A stretch of DNA of 64,000 bases from Entomortierella parvispora E1425 (lineage: Eukaryota > Fungi > Mortierellomycota): NCBI GenBank assembly GCA_020891255.1, contig BQFW01000014.1, forward strand, positions 868,001 through 932,000. The letters are read 5' to 3'. Each line of letters begins with the position of its first letter. Position 1 is the stretch's first letter. The notes beneath the pieces were generated by a model. The model was given only the letters and a program-made list of their open reading frames with translations. It had not been told where the DNA came from and did no database searches. This document shows positions 1 through 9,600 of this stretch, piece by piece. The translations under genes were made by a program, and so were the position numbers.

Positions 1-797
1 GTTTACGACCCTGAGAACGGCAAAGTACATCTCGGCCCTGGCCCTCAACATTCCTCGTCTATCCTATCGATGGATCGATGCCTGCAGTGAAGCCGTAAGT
101 CATCTTTTGGAAAGGGGAGAAACATGCAAGAATAGGATGATCTTGCTCTTTGACTGAAGTTCTCTGACGCGCTTTGTTTCTGTCTTTCCATATCATTAGC
201 GCCAATTGTTGCCTCACCATTCCTACCATTTGCCAACTGGATTCTCCAATGAGCTTGAGACGATCGTGTCCAGTATTCCTTACATGCCTACAGGACTTTT
301 TGACGGACTCATCATTGGTCTTTGCGGAGGCTTGTCTATCAGGGTAAGTCTGACCACTGTTTATTTTGGAGACTCATTTCCCTCAACAGATTCGAGATGT
401 TTTGTAGATCTTTTCTAAATTCTCACTCTTTTTCCTCTCTTTCGTTTTTCTTGTCATTTTGTAACTCTAGAATGAATGGGAGCGTAATTTGTATGCTGCA
501 GGAGCAAAGAAAGTCAAGGTTGTCAATGCAAAGACAGGACCCATGAATTGCAACTACATTGTCTTTTTCAACACCAAGGCCTATCGAGCGTTTATCGAGT
601 CCAATAATTCTGTGCCTTCGCTCTGTGATGAATGGTTGATCCAGTGTCTAATCAACCAACGTATCGTTTCTATCCATGGTCACAAGAGTTACACGGATCT
701 TGCAAAGAAGGATAATCCTAACCAGCAGCAGCCCCAACAACAGCAATCCCATCATGCTGCCAACACCTCCTCGGCCTCTGGAGGACATTCCAGTTAA
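1..797 (+). CDS. 3' part (5'-truncated by the window) of a Rad9/Crb2/53BP1-like DNA-damage checkpoint protein, tandem BRCT; exons about 2-94, 200-343, 471-797
   Basis: Manual translation gives TLRTAKYISALALNIPRLSYRWIDAC (BRCT1), HLPTGFS, and EWLIQCLINQRIV (BRCT2), resembling the Crb2/53BP1 C-terminus. GTAAGT donors at 95 and 344. Confidence 0.8.
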
Positions 798-959
798 GAT
801 TATCAGCAGTAGAAAAAACCCTCCCGATCATCCCCCATGTCCTTTTTGTTTGTTTGTTTGTTGTAGTTGTAGTTATCATTAAAGTCGTTCTCATCATCCA
901 AGATACCGGACCCCCCTCCCCCCACGCGTTCTGTTCTTGTTCATTAACCTTTTTATTGC

Positions 960-1540
960 GTGCCATCGTCCTGGACAATTGTAATGACATTTGGCCTTGG
1001 ATGGTTCGAGAACTGGAGGTCCTCGCGAAACAGTCCAGGGTTATCAATTAGGTTGGCATGGGGGGGAGGGGGGTATCAGATACTGAGGTCTGCAAGGGTG
1101 CAGGCGTACAAGGTTCAAAGGCAATCGAGAACAGAGTGGATCCTCCTGTCAGTTCTGGCTGGCCTTGTCATTGAGAGTATTCAATTTGGAGTTGCAATTG
1201 CTCAGTCTGTAGTTGCATCTCTTCCTCTTGTCGTCTGCGCTATAGGTGGCTCTCTGCCATGCCTTGATCTGTAAGGAGGAATGGCCCTGGCTGCGACCGT
1301 GGCTGCTGCTGCTGCTGTTGTTGTTGTTGTTGTTGTTGTTGTTGCAGTAAGTTCAGGGCCAAGATCCTTTTTGATGGTTTCGTTGTCGTGTTGTTTTCTA
1401 AATTTCGAAAGAGCTCCAGATCCGTCTCGGACACGTTCATTTTTTCCCCTTGGTCTTCGCTTTGCAGAGGTGGATCGTCTCCCTGAACGGATTTTCCATA
1501 CGATGGCTGCGATCACAGCCAGGGTCGCCAAGAATCCCCG
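960..1540 (-). pseudogene. Degenerate C-terminal remnant of a single-pass membrane protein with a polyQ tail
   Basis: A TM-like segment (FLATLAVIAAIVWKIR) is followed by polyQ, RRQEEEMQLQTEQLQLQIEYSQ and LQFSNHPRPNVITIV, spread over different frames with in-frame stops. No upstream exons; it is cut off where the tandem duplication begins (about 1575). Confidence 0.35.
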
Positions 1541-1799
1541 CCAGGATCCCGTTCTGCAACTCTACCGCAAAGGTCTGTCTGTTATTCACTTTGATCAGAT
1601 TTATTGATAGCTGGTGGACTTGTATGGGTGGGTTGCGCAAAGTCACCATATCACGGTCATGAGATGCTGCGTCCTTATCAAAAGAAGATAAGATTGAACA
1701 AGCCTCGAGTCAAGAGAACTGGAGAGGCATCGAAAGAGTGTGGTAAAGCTGGAACATATGTACAGTACAAGAGCTTTTGGAAGAAGGGGTGTAGACCCA

Positions 1800-2231
1800 T
1801 TAGGGCGACCAGTCAATATAAGTCTTGCCCTTGACTTCAAAATCACCAACGGGGGATGGACCGACGATTTTGGCTCCGCTCTTCTTCCACTCAAGGACGA
1901 TCTCGCCTCTTCCAATGCGTCCGGAGAATTCACCTTCAAAATCTTCGGGGCGGTTCAGCAAAAAGGTCACGTCTTTAAAGAAAAAATCGTCGATGGGAAA
2001 CTTCTCTTCGAGCTGTCCTTTGATGTTCCAAAAAGTGTTGCCGTGGATTCGTGCCTGGATACGATTTTCATCAAAGAAGATCCAGCCGGGAATTTTTTCT
2101 TGGAGGTTGTACTGAGCGGGGCGGCCGAACAAGCCTCTCTCGTAGGTTTTCTCCTCGCAGAATGTCTCCTGACGGGCAAGAGAAGCGGCAGGGAGAATGG
2201 CAGCCAAAAGACAGACAAGGAAGGGACGCAT
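1800..2231 (-). CDS. Small secreted protein, copy 1 (143 aa, signal peptide, beta-rich), function unknown
   Basis: ATG at 2231 gives MRPFLVCLLAAILPAASLA (signal-peptide-like). The ORF is conserved in the paralog at 4389-4820 (about 81% aa identity by manual count). TATA box about 95 nt upstream. Confidence 0.85.
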   Translation of the reverse strand: MRPFLVCLLAAILPAASLARQETFCEEKTYERGLFGRPAQYNLQEKIPGWIFFDENRIQARIHGNTFWNIKGQLEEKFPIDDFFFKDVTFLLNRPEDFEGEFSGRIGRGEIVLEWKKSGAKIVGPSPVGDFEVKGKTYIDWSP

Positions 2232-2318
2232 CGTGGAGTTGGTTGGAAAAGGTTGAGGGTGATAGAGGGGGAAAGAAGTTGGTGAATAAAAAAGTAGGAT
2301 GTAGTCGAATGGGTCTAT

Positions 2319-2328
2319 CCTTTTATAC
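2319..2328 (-). promoter_or_regulatory. TATA box (GTATAAAAGG) upstream of secreted gene copy 1; equivalent at about 4907-4916 for copy 2
   Basis: The motif sits at the same distance from the ATG in both paralogs. Confidence 0.6.
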
Positions 2329-3987
2329 TTGAGGGAAACCAAGAAGTTACCACCCCCGAACGCGAAAACGTGTGCCATCATTGGAGAAAATCACCTCATG
2401 GTCGCATGGAAAAGGGGCTGTCTTGCTACCGTCGCGTAGAAATGGTTGTCTCCCGAGGCACCAGTCGATGCCCCGCAAGGAAGCGACGCGAGAAATCAAA
2501 CCACAATTCGCAATCCTCCCACTTCCCGTTGAGCAATGGCATGCAGGGCGATGAGGTAAGAAATCAAAATTGCACCTTTTCATTTTCCCACGTCCTTTCA
2601 GGAGGCATTCTTGACCAGTGTTCTGCAAGACGCTGAGGCAAGAAAGCAGGCTGGGGTTGTTTTTTTCTCACATCCTTCTCTGCGCCTGGCCAAAGCCATG
2701 CAAGATGAACCAAACCACATTCGTGCATTGTCCTCATTTTCCAGTTTGTGTCGTCACCCCACAGCTCATACCCCTGCCCATCTACGCACACATTTCCCAG
2801 AGGCTCCTCTGTCGCCGCCCATTGGCCTAGGAACAGGATCTATTCTTCGCGTTTCGATCTCCCGCATTTGCTCTTGCTCGCCTTTTTTTTTTTTTTTTTT
2901 TTTTTTTTTGCATATTATGCCTTGCACTGCACCCGAATTTTAGGGATGTGAATGGTACTCTGAGCGCCTGCCATTTTGTGCCCATGCACCTATGCAAAAG
3001 TTCTTGCTCCCAAGAGTTTTGATTTTTAGGTGAATGCACAGTGCAAGAGCGGAGAAAGATGGATTCTTCCTCAATGGAAAACTCCCACGAAGAACCTATT
3101 CAACTCAATTATAGGCTCATGTGACATGGTATCCATGTGAAGATCAAGAGTGCGCGAGTAAGTCGTTGTTGGTGTCACAGATAGATACGTAGAAGATGAG
3201 TAAAGAATAGGAGAAGGAAGACAAAGGAAAAAGCAGTCTTTGATGTTGGATGTGAGTTGCAAGTTAAAATAAGTAGGGCACGACCATACGGCTTTCGTTG
3301 TTCATAGGCGGGCAAATCCTGCATTGGCAATGCGTGGGAACAAATAAGTCTGATCGGGATGGATAGAAGGCAGTAGTTACTGCGAAATCAGGGGCCCCTG
3401 GACCTCTGAGTGAATGTCAGACGTGTTTTGACAATCAGCGGGGCGACAACGGGAGAAAGGATGATCGGGGACATCGAGGCGCAATGATAATCCGTCTGTA
3501 TAGAAATAGTGGGGTTAGTAGGGAACTGGGGCGTTGAGGGTTTGGTCGGGATATGAGGTGCTGATGCAGTGGGCTCGAGCGCAGGAGTAGGACGCGAAAG
3601 AAGATAATGATCTGGTGCGTGACAATATGCAGAAAGATCTCGCGCAAGAATGAACGCGCTCTCGAGATACTTTTTTTGTTCACTAAGAGCAGCAGTTGGG
3701 GTTTATCGACGGTCTCCATCATGTCTAGCTTGCAGTGCGCCTGATTCTCGTCGCTCTTGTTTACACCAAGTAGCTCTTGGAGACTTGTCATGTCAGAGGT
3801 GAGTGGTAGATCTAGAGATCGGGCTTGGATCCTTATTAAATCCACTACATCGCATTGCATGCGGCAATGAACGTGCTCGGAAAGAGTATGACTCATCCCA
3901 CAAGAGTCGCGGTTTGCAATTGATTGAACTTGTCGTTTGCAGTTGGATTCTTACCCCCCCCCCTTCTTCGCAACTTCTCTTCCCCCA

Positions 3988-3989
<2 letters not shown>

Positions 3990-4030
<41 letters not shown>
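3990..4030. repeat. (CT)n microsatellite
   Basis: Direct reading. Confidence 0.95.
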
Positions 4031-4034
<4 letters not shown>

Positions 4035-4388
4035 CTTGTATTATTTTTTCCGGCACATATAGACCGCCGGCGTTTCTGAGCGCTTTCTCAATGACGACAC
4101 CCTCAAAAATTTGCCTTGACTTCAACCTGACAAAAATAGGGTAGAACTCTCCTTTTGAAGACCACAGAGGGTCGAACACACATAGGTCTGTTATTCACTT
4201 TGGTTGAATTTATTGATAGATGCGAACTTATATACGTGGATTGTGTAAGGTTGCCATATCAGGATCATGGTGCTGCCTCCATATCAAAGAAAATTGAGAC
4301 AGGAGAGAAAATTGAAGAGGCCTCGAAGAAATTGTGGGAAAGCTGGAACATATGTACAAAAGCTTCTGGAAGAAGGGGTGTAGACCCT

Positions 4389-4820
4389 TTAGGGCGACCA
4401 GTCAATATAAGTCCTGCCCTTGACCTCAAAATCACCTTGGCCAGCTCGACCGATGATGGAGGCTCCGCTCTTCTTCCACTCAAGGACGATCTCGCCTCTT
4501 CCGATGCGGCCAGTGAATTCGCCATCAAAATCAGTAGGGTGGTTCAGAGAGTAGATGACAGGATCAAAGAACAATTCATCGACGGGAAGCTTCTCTTCGA
4601 GCTTTCCTTTGATGTTCCAATAAGTGTTGCCATGGATTCGTCCCTGGATACGATTTTCTTCAAAGTGGATCCAGCCAGGGATTTTTTCTTGGAGGTTGTG
4701 CTGAGCGGGCCGGCCGAACAAGCCTCTCTCGTAGGTTCTCTCCTCACAGAAAGTCTCTTGACGGGCAAGAGAAGCGGCAGGGAGAATGGCAGCGAGAAGA
4801 CAGACAAGGAAGGGACGCAT
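4389..4820 (-). CDS. Small secreted protein, copy 2 (143 aa)
   Basis: Intact ORF with ATG start and signal peptide; paralog of 1800-2231. Confidence 0.85.
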   Translation of the reverse strand: MRPFLVCLLAAILPAASLARQETFCEERTYERGLFGRPAQHNLQEKIPGWIHFEENRIQGRIHGNTYWNIKGKLEEKLPVDELFFDPVIYSLNHPTDFDGEFTGRIGRGEIVLEWKKSGASIIGRAGQGDFEVKGRTYIDWSP

Positions 4821-6419
4821 CGTGGAGTTTGTTGGAAAAGGGTTGGGCTTGGTGGAGAGGAAAAAAGGTGGTGAATAAAAAGTAGGATGTGGTCGAATGG
4901 GTCCATCCTTTTATACTAGAGGGAAAACAAGAAATTACTCCCGAACGCGAAAACGTGTGTTATCATTGGAGAAAATCACCTCATGGTCGCATGGAAAAGG
5001 GGCTGTCTTGCTACCGTCGCGTAGAAACGGTTGTCTCCCGAGGCACCAGTCGATGCCCCGCAAGGAAGCGACGCGAGAAATCAAACCACAATTCGCAATC
5101 CTCCCACTTCCCGTTGCGCAATAGCAATGGCATGCAGGACGATGAGGTAAGAAATCAAACTGCACTTTTTCATTTTCCCCACGTCCTTTCAAGAAGCACT
5201 CTCGACCAATGTCATGCAAGACGATGAGGCAAGAAAGCAAGCCGGGGGTTGTCGTTTTCTCACGTCTTTTTTTGCGCCTGGCCAAAGCCATGCTAGACGA
5301 ATCAAACCACATTTGTGCATTGTCCTCATTTTCCGCTTTGTGTCGTCACCCACAGCTCTTACCCCTGTCCATCAACGCGAACGTTTCCTTTTATTTCGAC
5401 ATCAAGGCCTGGAGGCTCCCCCGTCGTATCCCATTGGTCTGGGGACAGGATCTGTTCTTCGCGCTTCGATCTCGCGCATTTGCCTTGATCGCTTCCTTTC
5501 TCATGTGCATATTGTGCCCTTGCTAAAAGGTACCATGCACGCCATCATTTTGTGCCCGTGCACGTATGCGAAAAAGATTCTTGCTCCTAACAGCTTTGAT
5601 TTCTGGGTGAAATCCACCGTGTAAGAGTGGGAAGATGGTCTCTTCTTCGCTGGAAACACTTGCTCATCTCATTATATCCCCATATGATATGATGTCCACA
5701 TGAAGATCAATACTCTGAGAGAAGTCTTGATAGGTGTCGGGGATAGACACGTAGAAGGTGAGCAATGAACTGGATGAAGACAAAGGAAGTAGCGATCTTT
5801 GATATATGATGTGAGCTACAGGTTGGAATATGGAGGGTTCTACCAAGGGGCTTCTGTTAACAGTCGGGTAAAATCCTCTACGGGAACAAATGAGTCTGAT
5901 CGGGAAGGATAGGAGGCAGTGGTTACTGCAATCAAGGGTTCCCAGGTCTTGAAGGGAGAGTGAGAAGTGTTTTGACAATGAGCGGAACGACAATGGATGC
6001 TAAAGATCATCGGGAACATCGGGATGCAAAGATAATCCGTCTGTGTAGCAATAGCGGGCTAGGCAAAGAACTGGGGCATTGCGCGGTTGGTCGGGCTGAA
6101 CTTGCGCGAAAGAGGATACTGATCTCGGTTTGTGACAACACCCGCTATCCAAACTGTGCTGGTTGTAGGAGAAGAAATATCTGGGTCTGTGCAGAGGCAC
6201 AGGAAGCCAACGCCAGCGAAAAGAAAAACTTTTATCGCAAAGAGCCAGCCTCATTGTAGAATGACGAGAAAATGTCCTGCATGGATGAAAGTAAAGGGAA
6301 AAAAGAGAAAAGAGACAAAGGACATGCGTTGCGAGTTGAGGTCGAGTAAAGGTCACTTGAGCTAAGGTCCCACCTAGCCCTTCTTGGAGACAATGTTGGT
6401 GGGCCATGAAGGGGTGTAC

Positions 6420-6660
6420 TTTGGAAATTTCAAGGCACCATGGGAACCCCTGTCATTGTGATCGAGCTATTACAGCTAAACTTCCCGAAATGCATAAAGA
6501 CGTGAGAATAAATTAGTTGAAAATATAAAGCTTTGTGCTTTTGTCCTCGGATTTTCGTTGCACCTACCGATGCTGTAAAGAAGGTTGTGCTCATTCCACA
6601 TGAGCCTCACTCGCGCGAGTGAACTTTGGCGAGCGCTTTGTCGAAAGGCGCTGGCCATGT
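6420..6660 (-). ncRNA. Candidate Fanzor omegaRNA scaffold overlapping the ORF 3' end
   Basis: Position matches where TnpB/Fanzor omegaRNAs are encoded. Perfect 16-nt palindrome at 6607-6622, AGCGC-CTTT/AAA-GCGCT hairpin at about 6632-6652, AGCT/AGCT hairpin at about 6465-6477. No expression evidence. Confidence 0.35.
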
Positions 6661-9600
6661 CTGTGTTTGTAGTTGAGTACCCAGACATCTGGCGAGATTT
6701 TCGCCGGCGTTATGGTCTCTGTCGATGTCCCAACTGCAGTTTTCACAGAGGATGGATCTGCCTTGCTGAACTGCCCGGAAGCAACATCGGCTGCAGAACT
6801 GACTGGATCGAAACTCCGGGAGATTCACCGCTGGGATGCCATTGGCATTCGCCTATAATGTATAAGAGAACTAGATGTTAGATATAACACCCCTTACTCT
6901 CTTTGAAAATCGACTCCGGCAACACTTACTGTTCGCGCTAGTTCGTCCAAGGTTTTTTCCTTTCGGCCGCCAAAGTCCCCGTCACCTATTCCAAGAACGG
7001 CTGGCGTCTCTCGGTACTCTTGAACTTCAGTCGGTGGAATATTCGGGTGGGGAATATGCGCCATCTTGATGGCCGCTGCACAGACCAGGCTTCTGTCGCT
7101 TCGGATCGCCGTCTTCATATCATAGAGATCCTTCTTGAAACTGATTGATCCGTAAAAGGTCCTTAGCTTCTCAAATGTAGCGAGGCGAGGTCTGAGCCAG
7201 TCCAAGTGGTTACTATAGAGTGCGCTGGCAGCTGCCCTCCAATCGCAGACTGTTGTCCCATTTTCCTGTGTGACCTTCACTTGTACGGGAGCAACATCTG
7301 CAATCAATGTGTTCTCCAGTTTGTCGATCCCATGGGTCTTTTTCTTTGCGTTTAGACATCCCATGTATCGCTTTTGAATGTCTTTAGCCACGGTGTCGGT
7401 GATATCGAGGGTCTGTGAAAAGTCAGGGTACTTGGTGTGTACTGCGACCACGCTTGCAGGTTTCGCCGAGCCTGGATCTACCCCGATCCCGATAAAATGA
7501 GGGCCACCCAAAGACTGAACACGCTGCGCTGTTGAGAAGAGGTCCTGGACATACGGCAGGGTTTTCGCATGTACTGCTGCAGCCTTTACGCCTGTGAGGT
7601 TTGGCTGTACCACCTGTCCCTGCCCTGGATTTCCATATCCAACACTAGGACCCTCATTAGGATTTTCAGTCTCACTTCCAGGCGGGCTCTCCTCCAGCAC
7701 AGGATCAGGAGACGTCCAAAGCTCTGAGTCGTATATATCCAAGGATGAAGGTAAAGCGGAAGATGCAGCAAAAGGTAGAGCGGAAGGCAGAGCAAGAAAA
7801 CTTTCCTCTGGAGCTACGGCAGGGATATTGTGCTGATAACCACTGCTGGTAGGACTGGGGTTGCTCTTCGTATTCTTCTTTGGGCGTAATGTGGTCAAAT
7901 CAAAAGCCAACACATGGAGGTTATGACCGTCCGTCTTGATGACACCCGTCGGAACATAGTGTCTTCGAGGTGTGTTCTCGGCGCTACTGCTCGACCGCGC
8001 ATGCAGACCATGTAGAGTCACGTCTCGCAGTTGTCGTTGTTGTGTAGCTGACATGTTGCTTAAAATGTCCTTCAGCCGTTGTAATTCAACCTCCATCGAC
8101 TTTAGGGCGTTCGAGATTGATCCACTAGCCGTATGGATGTTCGCGATGGTGGGGGGAGGGTTACCAGGAAGCTGTGACCATTGCCCCTGAAACACCGAGA
8201 TGCGTTGGAGTAAGTCTTGAGAATCTGCCAGCCCAGGGTCCTGTTTTTTAGCCAAGCTGGAACATTCCCTCAGGAGAGCGCAGAGCGTTTTGTCGATTGA
8301 TGTGTATTCATCCAGGTGCTCCAGCTCTGTTTGAATCCTCAGGCGCGAATCAGGAAAGAACAAAGCGCGCTCACTGTTCATGGCTGGGTTCATGAGAGCA
8401 GTGCCACGTCTGTACGAAGTATTTTTCGACATGAAAAAGTTGAAAAATAGCTCCCCTCTGTGGGCGATTGCTCGTTGTTCAGCGGCCGCGACCGTTCCAC
8501 TGAAGATTGCACCTAGTGCACTCTTTGTAGTTTGTGTAGGTTTGATGTGTCGGCATGCATCAACGAACTCCCTTTCGGTGAGGTCCAGATCCCGGTCTTT
8601 GAAGGCGACTACAGGGAATAGCGCAACTTGACTGTCGGGTCGCAGTAGAGTGTTCAGGAGCAAGTGAACGGATATGGGATCGTGCAGCTTTGACCGACCA
8701 GTGCCTTCAATCGAATCCAGGAAAAGTCGTCCTTGCTCGGACTTTGAGAATTGTATCTGCTGGACAAGAACCTAGCGAACAGGACAGAGACAAGAGTGAG
8801 CGACGAGCAAAGACATAAAGACCATAAAACATCGCACTATGAATGTCAAGCACTTACTCGCTGCTTAAGTTCGCCGACGTTTCTCAGAACAAGGCTGCAG
8901 ATTAAGTCGTGTGCGCTGCGTGCGCAAGATTCCAAGAATTTGGCGCTGACTGCCTTCTCTGGTCTCTTCGTAAAGGGGTCGAATGGAATCCCGCTGGCCT
9001 GCTGGTTGCTATGCTTCTTTTTGAACTCCAGCACCACCGCAAACGCAAGCCGCTGTGTGCCTTCGCACTTGAGCTGAGCGAGGGTAGCGTCTGTAAGATC
9101 GTTCCATTTCCAAAGGGCTCGCACCACATGATATACGAAGATTTGACTTGTGTAGACTGGACCAAGTGCATCTTTTCTTTTCTTGACGTCGTCCTCGTCA
9201 AGAGTGGGGTAAGACTTGAAAATAGACAACGCATAGTCTTGCAATACCGCGATCGCCGACCAAATTGCGTCAGAGTTTGCTTTGACCAGGTCCATCATTA
9301 TTGTCCGCGTGGATCGGTACGTATTCTGTACTTCCAATGATGTCGATCCCTTCATTTGGCTTTCAAGCCCTTTGTAAAGTGTAGAGCACAGACTACCCGG
9401 CTGGAGTGCCACCTGGGAAAATGTTGTTTCCAGAGTAGCTTTAATGTGCGTGGTGTCGTGCTCCCTCCTTGTCGCAACGACTGAGCCAGCCGAAGACGCC
9501 AAGTCGCCCATCTGTTTGTTCACAGCATGTCGCGCCTTTCTGCTTGAACGGTTGTAAATGGGCTTGGAGGTAGCCGCCTTTTTTTCGTTCGTCTTTTTCT

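Larger units (their letters stand above)
1575..6140. repeat. Diverged tandem segmental duplication (about 1575-3630 vs about 4180-6140; offset about 2.59 kb)
   Basis: 3' UTR, CDS and about 1.4 kb of upstream DNA align by eye between the two copies. Confidence 0.85.

Noticed and set aside
1740-2285. Long plus-strand ORFs (1740-2285 and 4155-4874) opposite the secreted genes
   Set aside because: They are antisense in the same codon register as the signal-peptide ORFs, a common by-product of codon bias. Their starts and lengths differ between the copies.
3435-3896. 153-aa minus-strand ORF
   Set aside because: Non-ATG start, no motif, and not preserved as an ORF in the duplicated copy.
6408-6418. 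11-nt match (GAAGGGGTGTA) between the putative guide flank and the 3' UTRs of both secreted genes (1783-1793, 4372-4382)
   Set aside because: Tempting as a guide-target pair, but it is short, mismatched at the first putative guide base, depends on an unproven boundary, and flank-derived guides are expected to target the empty site. Revisit only if the omegaRNA is mapped.
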